Shown here one piece after another: positions 40,499 to 49,834 of a stretch of DNA of 64,000 nt. The stretch's first letter is position 1; every line of letters starts with the position of its first letter. The DNA is from an uncultured Gemmatimonadales bacterium (GTDB lineage Bacteria > Gemmatimonadota > Gemmatimonadetes > Gemmatimonadales > Gemmatimonadaceae). The stretch lies in assembly GCA_963850905.1 (NCBI GenBank), contig CAWKMU010000003.1, forward strand, positions 672,001-736,000. The letters are read 5' to 3'. Below the pieces are notes generated by a model. The model saw only the letters and a list, made by a program, of their open reading frames with translations, made no database searches and had not been told where the DNA came from. The translations under genes and the position numbers were made by a program.

Positions 40499-41911
40499 TC
40501 ATGGCGCCGGCAACAACTGCGCGCGCGTATACACGGCCCCACCCCGGATCACGAGCCGCACTCGGCGAGCGTTCGCGATGTCGGCGGTCGGGTCAGCGTC
40601 GAAGACTACGGCGTCGGCAAGCTTGTTCGCCTCGAGCGACCCTAGCTCGTGGTCTCGACCCATCGCGCGTGCTCCGCCGATCGTCGCCGACGCGAACACC
40701 GCCGCGGCGGTCATGCCGGCCGCCTGCATGGCCTCCATCTCGGCGTACACGCTTGGGCCGGCCGCTGTCCCTGGATTCCCCGCGTCTGTCCCCATGGCGA
40801 TCGGTATGCCGGCCGCGACGAGCGCCGCGAGGTTGTGCGCACTCCGGACCGGCGTCGCGGCCAGCCGATCGAGGCGCGCGGCCGGTGGGCGCATGCTGTC
40901 GGGAAGCGCACTCTCCAGGTGGGCGCGCGTGGTGCGATCCACGCAGTCCAGCGGGTAACGCGCCGCGGGTGACCGGCCGCGAAACACATCCTCGTAGCCA
41001 TAGAGTACGGTGAGCGTCGGGATGACCATCGCACCGTTCTTCTTTGCCAGCGCGATGAACTCGCTGTCGACCGGTGCGTCGTCCACGTTGTGGACCAGCA
41101 CATGCGCCCCGGCGGCGAGCGCCTCCTTGGCGCGCGCCAGCTCGGTCGCGTGCACGATCATCGGCAGCCCCACCCGTCGCGCTTCCTCGCCCACGACGGT
41201 CAGACGGTGCTGCATCGTCCCCTGTATCGAGTCGGGCACCTGGATGTACCAGACCTTGATGGCGGACGCTCCCATGCGCGCGAGCGCACGCACGCCCGTG
41301 CGCGCGGCGGAGTCGCTGCTCATGTACACGAACTGGCGCTCGAACGGCAGGTTGAGCCAGAAATCGATCGTCGACATCAACGGACCCGCGGCGCGCATGC
41401 GAGGCGCCGTCGTCATGTCCTCGTGCCGGCGTGCCATGGACAGCGTCCACGGATAGCCGCCGACGTCGAACACGCTCGTCACGCCCGAGCAGAGATAGGC
41501 GCGATCGAACCGCTCCGGATGGTCCCGCAGCGACGCGACGACCGAGTCGTAGGGATAGCGCGCGCGCAGGTCGCCCGCGTCCGGCCGCCCGTCCACCCAT
41601 CCGGTCTGCGAGTAGTGGACGTGTGCATCGATGAGCCCCGGCCCGATGAAGCCACCCGCTGCATCCCGCACGGTAGCGCCCGCGGGAATCGCGCAGGTCG
41701 CACGCCCCCCAGCGCAGGAGACACGCCCATCCTTGAACACCACGACCGCATCCGGTACAGGCGGGGCATTGGGATTGATGAGCGTGGCGCGCACGATCGC
41801 CACTGCGGGTGGCGGCGCGGATGCCATCGACGCGCGGGGCGGGGCCCACGCCGACGTGAGCGCGAGCACCGCGATCGGTCCGATCAGGAGACGAACGTGG
41901 GAGGATGTCAT
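40499..41911 (-). CDS. Secreted metal-dependent amidohydrolase
   Basis: PGLIDAHVH, IKVW, VHAT, MGTDAGNP. Confidence 0.92.
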   Translation of the reverse strand: MTSSHVRLLIGPIAVLALTSAWAPPRASMASAPPPAVAIVRATLINPNAPPVPDAVVVFKDGRVSCAGGRATCAIPAGATVRDAAGGFIGPGLIDAHVHYSQTGWVDGRPDAGDLRARYPYDSVVASLRDHPERFDRAYLCSGVTSVFDVGGYPWTLSMARRHEDMTTAPRMRAAGPLMSTIDFWLNLPFERQFVYMSSDSAARTGVRALARMGASAIKVWYIQVPDSIQGTMQHRLTVVGEEARRVGLPMIVHATELARAKEALAAGAHVLVHNVDDAPVDSEFIALAKKNGAMVIPTLTVLYGYEDVFRGRSPAARYPLDCVDRTTRAHLESALPDSMRPPAARLDRLAATPVRSAHNLAALVAAGIPIAMGTDAGNPGTAAGPSVYAEMEAMQAAGMTAAAVFASATIGGARAMGRDHELGSLEANKLADAVVFDADPTADIANARRVRLVIRGGAVYTRAQLLPAP

Positions 41912-41918
41912 GAGCGGA

Positions 41919-43676
41919 TTAATCTCCGTTGAGCCAGGCTGCCGTCGGCGCGCCCGGCGGTGCGTTCCGCGCAATGTGCGAAGCCATCTCGCGAAGCAAG
42001 TCGGCATTTGTCATCGGCGACCATCCGTGGCCCTTCATCGGGCGCCCGAATCGGAAATCTCCGCCGTACTTCGGATGTGTCTGGCCCTCGAGCTCGTCCT
42101 GCATCATGTATACGGCGAACGCCAGATAGAAGTCGTCCATGTCCCCGCACAGGAGGTGCAGCTTGCCGACGAGGCTGGGCCCGATCTTGGCCCAGTTCTG
42201 GTGCACGTAGTAGCGGAGATCATACCCGTTGTCTCGCATGTAATTCGCGACCGAGCGATCGATGAGGCCCGTCTTGGGATCGAACAACCGCTTCGGGTAG
42301 CCATCATCGCCGATCGGCCCGTAGACCACATTCCACACATCGAACTGCCAGCCGGATCGGCTGTGGGTCCCCGAGGCATACTCCATCTGCTCCATGGCGC
42401 GGGTCGTCGCCATCGGCTGACCGTCAGGGGAATTCATTTGCAGCATACGCTCGGGTGCGCCCGGCGCCGCGTTGGGCTGGGTGTAGTAGCTCGAGTCCGC
42501 GTAGATGTCGACCAGTTGGTACCGGCGGAAATCAATGGGATCCGGATAGAACGTCCACGTGCCGCCGAAGAAGTCCGGATGGTAGAGCTGCAGCGCGAGC
42601 GACTCCCATCCACCGGTCGACCCGCCGCTCAGGACGCGCGCGTACGGCTTCGCGATGATGCGGTAGCGCCGCTCGACCTCCGGGATCAGCTCCTGAATGA
42701 TCGCGTCGCCGTACGGCCCGTCATTCACGGAGTTGACCGCGTACGAGTCGTCGAAGAACTGCGTGGGATGCTGGAACAGCACGACGATCATTCGCGGGAA
42801 TCGGTCCGACACCCACGACTTGTAAAATTCGTATCCGCTCTCCCGCTTCCCGCCTCCTGACCACGGGTGCGCGGACTCGACATTGGACCGGGGATTGGGC
42901 GGCTCCAGGACGACTTCGACCGTGCGTCCCCGCTGGGGCGCCGAATCCTCGGTGAAGCCGTAGGGCGGCTCCAGATTGAAATGATCCTGCAGATAGAGCA
43001 CCGGATAGTGCGTACCCGGATGCTCGTCGTATCCCTTGGGTAGCAGCACGGTGGCGCCGAGATACTGCGGCACGCCACCCCACCACTTGGTGAGCATCGG
43101 GCTTGGCATCTTGAAGTGCTTGACCCACTTCGTGTCGGACGGGAGGTCGACCGGCGGCAGCGCGTGGTCCAGCGCCAGTTTGACGTCGAACCCGGCCGCC
43201 GGATCGAGGCGCACCTTGACCGGCTGGCTCACGAGGTTGCCGGGAGCGTACGCCCATCGTTGGCCATCCCAGTCGCCCTGTCGTGCCCAAATCGTGTGGC
43301 CATCGGCGCGATGGTATTGCGTGTACACGTTGAGCACGGCCTGCACGTAATAGTCGCCCGCCGGCAGGTTGCGCAGGCTCTGGAGCGGATAACTGCTCGC
43401 GCCGGTGCCGACGATCGCCGCCTGCCCTGGCTGTAGCGAATCGACGTCCACGGCAAAGAAAGGCACGCGCGCGACGAAATCACGGGCCGATTGAAACGCC
43501 GCAACCCGCGGCTCGACGTCGTCCCGCGCGTACACGCTCACGAAGACATGTCCTGTGATCGGATGCGCGCTGAGCGTGGCCGGGAAACTGACCTCGAAGC
43601 GCGGGACCGGATGTCCCGTACACCCAATGGTGCCTGCAACACCGGCCAGCAGGGCGATGCGGTATGCCTGCCTCAT
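41919..43676 (-). CDS. Esterase (alpha/beta hydrolase) lipoprotein
   Basis: IGC lipobox; VLLPKGY..YPVLY; GGSTGGW nucleophile elbow; GDMDDFY; KGHGW. Confidence 0.85.
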   Translation of the reverse strand: MRQAYRIALLAGVAGTIGCTGHPVPRFEVSFPATLSAHPITGHVFVSVYARDDVEPRVAAFQSARDFVARVPFFAVDVDSLQPGQAAIVGTGASSYPLQSLRNLPAGDYYVQAVLNVYTQYHRADGHTIWARQGDWDGQRWAYAPGNLVSQPVKVRLDPAAGFDVKLALDHALPPVDLPSDTKWVKHFKMPSPMLTKWWGGVPQYLGATVLLPKGYDEHPGTHYPVLYLQDHFNLEPPYGFTEDSAPQRGRTVEVVLEPPNPRSNVESAHPWSGGGKRESGYEFYKSWVSDRFPRMIVVLFQHPTQFFDDSYAVNSVNDGPYGDAIIQELIPEVERRYRIIAKPYARVLSGGSTGGWESLALQLYHPDFFGGTWTFYPDPIDFRRYQLVDIYADSSYYTQPNAAPGAPERMLQMNSPDGQPMATTRAMEQMEYASGTHSRSGWQFDVWNVVYGPIGDDGYPKRLFDPKTGLIDRSVANYMRDNGYDLRYYVHQNWAKIGPSLVGKLHLLCGDMDDFYLAFAVYMMQDELEGQTHPKYGGDFRFGRPMKGHGWSPMTNADLLREMASHIARNAPPGAPTAAWLNGD

Positions 43677-43763
43677 TCGTCGACCCTGATGTTGGAGTCG
43701 GCGCAAATGTACCGTTCCCGCCCCGAGTGTCAAGCATCCGCGCCCGGGGTCACTCCCCGGCGG

Positions 43764-43845
43764 GTAGGGGCTACGCATGCGTCGCCCTCTGGCATGGCCA
43801 CAATGTGTCTACGCACGAAGGGGCGACGCACCGCGTCGCCCCTTC
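43764..43845. repeat. REP doublet
   Basis: GTAGGGGCTACGCATGCGTCGCCC (43764-43787) and perfect GAAGGGGCGACGC-ACC-GCGTCGCCCCTTC (43817-43845). Confidence 0.85.
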
Positions 43846-43869
43846 TCACGTTCTGGTGCTACGCCAGGG

Positions 43870-45240
43870 TTAGTCGGTGAGCCCAGGCACCCGCGGCCCG
43901 CCGCGTCGAGCCACGACCGCCTGCGGAGCGACCACGGCGTGCGACCGCACGCGCGCGGCTGAAAGGCCGTTCCCCGGGACCGGCATCGACGCATTGAACA
44001 GGACGTACGCCGGGAAACTGCCGGTGAGCGTGACGTGCGGCGTCGGTGTCCCGCTCGCGGCGAGCTGCGAGGCCAGGAGCCCGCCGACTTGATGGTTGCC
44101 GAAATCGCCGTACCAGAGGCTGCCCCGCTGGTCCCAGGCGAGTCCCCAAGGCAGCGCCGCCCCGAGATTGAGCGTGATCGACGGCGTGGGGCTCCCGCTC
44201 GCGGCAAGTTGGGTCGGTGCGTAGGCGATGATGGTCCCGCCGCCGTAATTGGCGACCCACAAGTTTCCCGCGGCATCGACCGCCAACCCGGCCGGCACAT
44301 TGAGTGACCCTGCGTGCGCCGATATGATGACGGTCGGCGTCCGGGCCCCCGAGCTCGCCAACTCGGTCGCGGAGAACCTGAGGATCTGGTTGTTGTACGA
44401 CTCCGAGACCCACGCGTTGCCACTGCTGTCGAACACAATGTCCGCCGGGTACGCCAGCGAACCGGACGTGATCTTGATCGAGCCGGTCTGCGTACCACCG
44501 GCAGCGAGCTGCGTCGGAGTGAAGGCCTGTAGCGTCCCCAGCGACAGCAGCCAGAGGTTCCCGCTCGCATCGAAGCGGAGTCCGAGTGCGAACGAGTCCA
44601 CACTGGCGGTCAGTGTGCGCGCAGGCGTGGGGTCGCCGCCGGCCGCGAGCTGCGCCGGACTGTACATGTCGATCTTATGGGAGGACTCATTCGCCACCCA
44701 CAGGTTGCCCGCCGCGTCGAATGCCATCCCATCGGGCTTCGTCAACCCGCCGATCGTATCGGCCGGAGTCGGCGCGCCGCTCGACCGCAGCACGTTCGAT
44801 CCGTAGGCGTAGAGGCTCGTGCCGCCGTCGTTGGATACGAGCATCACGCCGCGCAGCTGCTCGAGCGCATACGTCACGGCGCTGCGGCCGGTGTCGTTCA
44901 AGGTCACGGTGACGCTGGCCGAGACGAAATTCGCGGTGTCCGTGCGGGTGCCGATCACCGAGTCCGGCGTGACGACGGAGTCCGCCGTGACCGTGTACGC
45001 GCCCACCGGCACTTCTGTAAATGTCTGCGACGCGGAAAGCGTCTTGTGAAACGCTTGCGGCCCGGTGACGGACACTGCGCCCGTCACGCCCGTCGGCGTG
45101 GTAATCGTGATCGCGAGCGTCCCGGTTGGAGCGGGACCGGCAGACCCGCCCGCCTTGCTGCCGCACCCCGCGAGGAGAGGGAACACACCGATCATCACTC
45201 CGACAGCCAGGCATTTCGAGGCTTCGAGGGAACGGCACAT
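43870..45240 (-). CDS. NHL-repeat beta-propeller lipoprotein
   Basis: LAGC lipobox; repeats of P.G.AFD..GNLWV.N....Y.P.QLAA.G..TP. Confidence 0.85.
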   Translation of the reverse strand: MCRSLEASKCLAVGVMIGVFPLLAGCGSKAGGSAGPAPTGTLAITITTPTGVTGAVSVTGPQAFHKTLSASQTFTEVPVGAYTVTADSVVTPDSVIGTRTDTANFVSASVTVTLNDTGRSAVTYALEQLRGVMLVSNDGGTSLYAYGSNVLRSSGAPTPADTIGGLTKPDGMAFDAAGNLWVANESSHKIDMYSPAQLAAGGDPTPARTLTASVDSFALGLRFDASGNLWLLSLGTLQAFTPTQLAAGGTQTGSIKITSGSLAYPADIVFDSSGNAWVSESYNNQILRFSATELASSGARTPTVIISAHAGSLNVPAGLAVDAAGNLWVANYGGGTIIAYAPTQLAASGSPTPSITLNLGAALPWGLAWDQRGSLWYGDFGNHQVGGLLASQLAASGTPTPHVTLTGSFPAYVLFNASMPVPGNGLSAARVRSHAVVAPQAVVARRGGPRVPGLTD

Positions 45241-45388
45241 GGCGCACCACCTGGAGATGGTTCGATGGAGACAAACAAGAGGAGCGTGTGCCTTCGAGAC
45301 TCCCTGTCCGGAACGGACGTCACGGTCGGTCATTCCGACCGCGCGGCAAGCACAGCTCGCCGTCCGTAGCGTTCTTGAACCGGGGCGT

Positions 45389-45480
45389 CGGTTGCCGTTC
45401 CCTGACCCGTGACCCCTGACCCCGCCGTTTAGTGATCTCCTTTTCTTCAGCCTCCTTTCTCGGGGCGCGAAGCGCCCGCA
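45389..45480 (+). repeat. Right arm of the composite REP element (TGACCCC array) followed by a heptamer-hairpin element
   Basis: CGGTTGCCGTTCCCTGACCCGTGACCCCTGACCCC; CTCCTTTCTCGGGGCGC-GAA-GCGCCCGC. Confidence 0.7.
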
Positions 45481-45685
45481 GCAAACCCTTCAGCCCAGAC
45501 AGGTGTCGGTCGCTTGACCGCGGTGAGGTCTCGTCGGCATCGCATCGGCCATCTGGTCGGTCGCCGCGCTGCGTCGCTGGTCTCGAGGCCAGATCCCGCG
45601 TCTCGATCAGCTTCGCATTGATCCGCTCACCCTGGCCCTCGTCGCGGCGACCGACTAGCCCACTCCAACTGTTTGGCAGATAGTC

Positions 45686-45777
45686 CCCTCTCTCCTCTCT
45701 CCTTTCTCCTTTCTACGCTGGCGCGTCAGCGCCCGTCGTGGCGCGTCAGCGCCCGTCGTGGCGCGTCAGCGCCCGTC
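45686..45777 (+). repeat. CTCCTYT heptamer array plus three 20-bp tandem hairpin units
   Basis: TGGCGCGTCAGCGCCCGTCG at 45719, 45739, 45759. Confidence 0.85.
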
Positions 45778-45835
45778 CCCCCATGTTTGTCGGACGTCCA
45801 TCGTGCTCCAAACCCCCAATGAGAAGGAAGCAACC

Positions 45836-47905
45836 ATGACATCCCTGTATCCGGCTAGTCGCTGGATGCGGCGACCGACCGCCGGCACCGCTGCGCGAGC
45901 GCTCTCGGTCGCGATCGCGGCCGTGATCGCGACGGCGTGCGCGCATCCGAATGCGTCGACAGGAAGCGTGGCGCCGTCGGGCGCTGCGAACAAGGCAAAT
46001 ACCGCGGGATCGGACCTCTGCGCCGTCGACAACTGCGACCGCTCGTCGATCGCGCCCAACCCTGACCCGCGCGTCGGCCTCAAAGCCGGGAAGTTCGACG
46101 CAGGCGAGGCCGAGTGGAACATGCACCTCGTGTCCAACTCGCGCCCCACGCCGGATTTCAATGGCAAGACCAACTCGGACCTGGCGTTCCTCGGCAACTA
46201 CGTGATTCAGGGGAGCTACGAGGGGTTCCAGGTCTGGGACATCTCCAACCCGGTCCACCCCACGTTGAAGACCGCGTACATCTGCCCGGCATCGCAGAGC
46301 GATGTGTCGGTCTACAAGAACCTCCTGTTTGAATCGGCTGAGGCACCGACCGCGCGCCTGGATTGCGGCACCGAGGCGCCCAAGGACACGGTGAGCAAGG
46401 AGCGCATCCGCGGCGTCCGTATCTGGGACATCAGCGACATCATGCACCCGAAGAACATCGCCAACGTCCAGACGTGCCGGGGATCGCACACGCATACGCT
46501 CCTGGCTGACCCGAAGGACCCCGACAACATCTACATCTACATCTCGGGCTCGTCCGTCATCCGGTCGCCGAGCGAGCTGGCTGGCTGCGTGGGCGGGGAT
46601 CCGGACAAGGATCCCAACTCGGCGTTGTTCCGCATCGAGGTCATCAAGGTCCCGCTCGCACATCCCGAGCAGGCCGCCATCGTGAGCTCGCCCCGCATCT
46701 TCGAGGGCTTGCCACAGGTCCCGTCGCATGGTCTGGCGCCGCAGGATGTCGCCGATGTCCAGACGGCAAAGGCGAAGGGTGGCTACGTCATCACGATGGG
46801 CGGCGACCAGATGATCGTGCCGGACCAGTTCGTGAAGACCCTGCTGGACTCCGCGGTCGCGAAACGCGGCGGCACTGGCGCGCCGACGCACGAGGACAGT
46901 GCGTATCTGCACCAGAACATCCAGGCGATGGTCACCAAGATGTTCGGCGGCGGTGGTGGTGGCCCGCGCGTCCTCGGCACCAGCTGCCACGACATCACCG
47001 TGTATCCGGAGATCGGTCTGGCCGGCGGCGCCTGCCAGGGACACGGACTGCTCCTCGACATCAGTGATCCCGCCCATCCGGTGCGCATCGATGCCGTGGC
47101 CGACTCCAACTTCTCCTTCTGGCACTCGGCCACGCTCAACAACGACGGCACCAAGATCCTGTTCTCCGACGAGTGGGGCGGCGGCGGCGCACCCAAGTGC
47201 CGAGCGACCGACCCGCGCGCGTGGGGAGCGGACGCGATCTTCACGATCGAGAATCGGAAGATGGTGTTCCAGGGCTACTACAAGCTGCCGGCACCGCAGA
47301 CCCCTGAGGAGAACTGTGTCGCGCACAATGGCTCGCTCATCCCGGTGCCTGGCCGCGACATCATGGTGCAGGCGTGGTATCAGGGCGGCGTGTCGGTGTT
47401 CGATTGGACGAATCCCAAGAGGCCAATCGAGATCGCCTTCTTCGACCGCGGTCCGATCGATGCGACCCGCATGGAGATGGGCGGCAGCTGGTCAGCGTAC
47501 TGGTACAACGGGTACGTCATCAGCTCCGAGATCGCGCGTGGCCTGGACATTATGGAGCTCAAGCCCAGCGCCTTGCTCTCGCAGAACGAGATCGACGCGG
47601 CCAAGCTCGTCCACTTCGATGTGTTCAACACGCAGGGGCAGCCCAAGCTCGCGTGGCCGGCGAGTTTCGTCGTAGCTCGCGCGTACGTCGACCAGCTCGC
47701 TCGATCCAACGGCCTCTCGGCCGACAAGGTCGCGAGTGTCCGCCAGTCGCTTGCGAGTGCCGAGCAAGCGTCCGGTGCAGCGCGCAGCAGTGCATTGACC
47801 CAGCTCGCGACGCAGTTGGACGGTGATGCGTCGAGCGCTGGCGACCCCGCGAAGGTCCGTACGCTCGCGACCCAAGTCCGAACCCTGGCAACGGCGTCGA
47901 ATTAA
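45836..47905 (+). CDS. LVIVD-repeat lipoprotein
   Basis: AAGGAAG RBS; ATAC lipobox; NSDLAF, GFQVWDISNP, GSHTHT, CHDITV, FWHSA, CVAHNG, AWYQGG. Confidence 0.88.
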   Translation: MTSLYPASRWMRRPTAGTAARALSVAIAAVIATACAHPNASTGSVAPSGAANKANTAGSDLCAVDNCDRSSIAPNPDPRVGLKAGKFDAGEAEWNMHLVSNSRPTPDFNGKTNSDLAFLGNYVIQGSYEGFQVWDISNPVHPTLKTAYICPASQSDVSVYKNLLFESAEAPTARLDCGTEAPKDTVSKERIRGVRIWDISDIMHPKNIANVQTCRGSHTHTLLADPKDPDNIYIYISGSSVIRSPSELAGCVGGDPDKDPNSALFRIEVIKVPLAHPEQAAIVSSPRIFEGLPQVPSHGLAPQDVADVQTAKAKGGYVITMGGDQMIVPDQFVKTLLDSAVAKRGGTGAPTHEDSAYLHQNIQAMVTKMFGGGGGGPRVLGTSCHDITVYPEIGLAGGACQGHGLLLDISDPAHPVRIDAVADSNFSFWHSATLNNDGTKILFSDEWGGGGAPKCRATDPRAWGADAIFTIENRKMVFQGYYKLPAPQTPEENCVAHNGSLIPVPGRDIMVQAWYQGGVSVFDWTNPKRPIEIAFFDRGPIDATRMEMGGSWSAYWYNGYVISSEIARGLDIMELKPSALLSQNEIDAAKLVHFDVFNTQGQPKLAWPASFVVARAYVDQLARSNGLSADKVASVRQSLASAEQASGAARSSALTQLATQLDGDASSAGDPAKVRTLATQVRTLATASN

Positions 47906-47917
47906 CCTCTAACTACT

Positions 47918-48117
47918 GGGTCAGGGGTCAGGGGAAAACCTGCAAGGCCGGTCACAGCGCACCGTGACCGGCCTTGGACCGGTAGGGGCGACGCTGTGCG
48001 TCGCCCGTTGGTGTGGTTGCGGTTGTCGTTCCCTGACCCCGCCTTTTGCCGCCCGACCCCTGGCCTCGCCGTTAGCGTCCGACCCCCCGCGGGTGGGGGC
48101 GACGCCATGCGTCGCCC
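47918..48117 (+). repeat. Composite REP element (heptamer arms + hairpin + REP), plus a GTGG REP at 48093
   Basis: GGGTCAGGGGTCAGGGGA; hairpin 47944-47975; REP 47982-48006; GTT-rich tract; TTCCCTGACCCC. Confidence 0.88.
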
Positions 48118-48185
48118 GCGGACTGCCCGCGCCGATCCGGTGGTGTCCGACACCGCGCGGCACCATCCCCGGGGATCGCGTCAAA

Positions 48186-49535
48186 TCACGCGAGAGAATC
48201 CCGACTTTTCGATGAGAGTCCGAGGCTGCGCAAGAGGAGCAGGACTCCAGCGGCGCAGAGCGCGAGACCGGCCACCCCGAAAAAGGTGATGCTCATGCCG
48301 CCGGTGGTGTCTTTGAGCTTGCCGGCGATTGCAGGTCCGAGAATACCACCGAAGTTGCCGGCGACACTCACGAGCGCAATGCCGGCAGCAGCCGCGGTCC
48401 CACTCAAGATCATCGGCGGAATGCACCAGAAGGGGCCGAAGACGGAGCATTGCGCAATCGACGCAATCGCGAGGCCCACCACCGGCCCCCACGGACGCGG
48501 CAACAGCGCAGCGCTCGCGTAGCCCGTCGCGATGAGCACCGCGCTCAGCGCGGGATGAAAAAACCGCTCGTTGGCCCGGTCGGAGCTCGCGCCACCGACG
48601 AGCATCCCAATGGCGGCGAGCACGCCGACCGCGCTGATGATCAAGCCGGTGACGAGGTTCGTCGAATGGAGTGCGTCGCGGATGACGATGGGTGCCCAGA
48701 AGAAATACACATACCCACTGAGCAGGACGCAAAACCACACCACCGCGACGAGATAGATGATCGGGTTGCTGAGGACTCGCCCAAGATCCTGCCGCCACGT
48801 GCCGCGCTCTCCGGTGTGTTCGCTCGAGATCCGCTGGGTAAGCCAGAGCCGCTGCTCATCCGAAAGCCACCGCGCATCATCGATCCGGTCGGGCAGATAT
48901 ATCAAGACCGCGATCCCGAGGAGCACCGCGGGGATGCCCTCGATCAGGAAGAGCCACTGCCAGCCCTGCAGGCGAAACGCCCCGTTGAGCCCCAGGAGCA
49001 ACCCGCCGAGCGCGCCACCCACAGCAAAGGAGAGCGGAACCGCCATCATGAACCGGGCGACGGCTCGGGCGCGGTGCGCTGCAGGAAACCAACCACCGAG
49101 GTAGTACATGATCCCGGGGAGGAAGCCCGCTTCCGCAGCGCCCAGGATGAATCGGAGCACGTAGAACTGGATCGGCGTTCGGACAAACATCATCGCCGTC
49201 GCGATCACACCCCAGCTGATCATGATGCGTCCGATCCAACGTCGCGCGCCCACCCGAGCGAGGATCAGATTGCTCGGAACATCGAAGAGACAGTAGCCGA
49301 CGAAGAACACGCTCGCGCCGAACCCGTACACGGTCGCGCTGAACTTGAGGTCGCGGTTCATCGTCAACGCCGCGAGCGCGACGTTGGACCGATCGAGATA
49401 GTTGACGATGTAGAGGGTGAACAAGAACGGGAGGAGCCGCTGGCTGACGCGACGCATCGTCGCGCGTGCCAGCTCCGAGTCGCCCTGGGTGTCGGCTCCT
49501 GTCGCGGGGACCGCTACCGCGATGCCGGAAGACAT
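48186..49535 (-). CDS. MFS transporter, anion:cation symporter family
   Basis: RLLPFL..YLDRSNV; VPSNLIL.RVGARRWI; GAAEAGF.PG; GWQWLFLIEGIP. Confidence 0.93.
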   Translation of the reverse strand: MSSGIAVAVPATGADTQGDSELARATMRRVSQRLLPFLFTLYIVNYLDRSNVALAALTMNRDLKFSATVYGFGASVFFVGYCLFDVPSNLILARVGARRWIGRIMISWGVIATAMMFVRTPIQFYVLRFILGAAEAGFLPGIMYYLGGWFPAAHRARAVARFMMAVPLSFAVGGALGGLLLGLNGAFRLQGWQWLFLIEGIPAVLLGIAVLIYLPDRIDDARWLSDEQRLWLTQRISSEHTGERGTWRQDLGRVLSNPIIYLVAVVWFCVLLSGYVYFFWAPIVIRDALHSTNLVTGLIISAVGVLAAIGMLVGGASSDRANERFFHPALSAVLIATGYASAALLPRPWGPVVGLAIASIAQCSVFGPFWCIPPMILSGTAAAAGIALVSVAGNFGGILGPAIAGKLKDTTGGMSITFFGVAGLALCAAGVLLLLRSLGLSSKSRDSLA

Positions 49536-49696
49536 GGTCGTCTGGGGTCGAGTGTAAAGCGATCGCCCCCGCACCGGAGCGCGCGCTCCCATCATGTGCT
49601 TGCGCAGTGATGGGCACAAGGCACGGGCAGTCGCTGTCTGCCGTCGCTGCGTTACTCGCTCGACCGCTCTGGCGACTATGCGCGATCAGGCGCGAT

Positions 49697-49824
49697 ACAA
49701 ATCGAAAGGCCGGTCACGGTGCGCTGTGACCGGCCTCGGACCGGTAGGGGCGACGCATTGCGTCGCCCGCTGTTGTCGTTGCGGTTGCAGTTACCCCAAA
49801 TCCCAAACCCCAAACCCCAGACCC
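49697..49824 (+). repeat. Composite REP element with CCCCAAA heptamer tail
   Basis: Hairpin 49707-49736; REP 49744-49768; CCCCAAA TCCCAAA CCCCAAA CCCCAGA. Confidence 0.88.
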
Positions 49825-49834
49825 GCCCTTGGCG

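Noticed and set aside
47918..49824. Composite transposon carrying the MFS gene
   Set aside because: The flanking copies are non-identical, no target duplication was seen, and the element is common enough to flank genes by chance.
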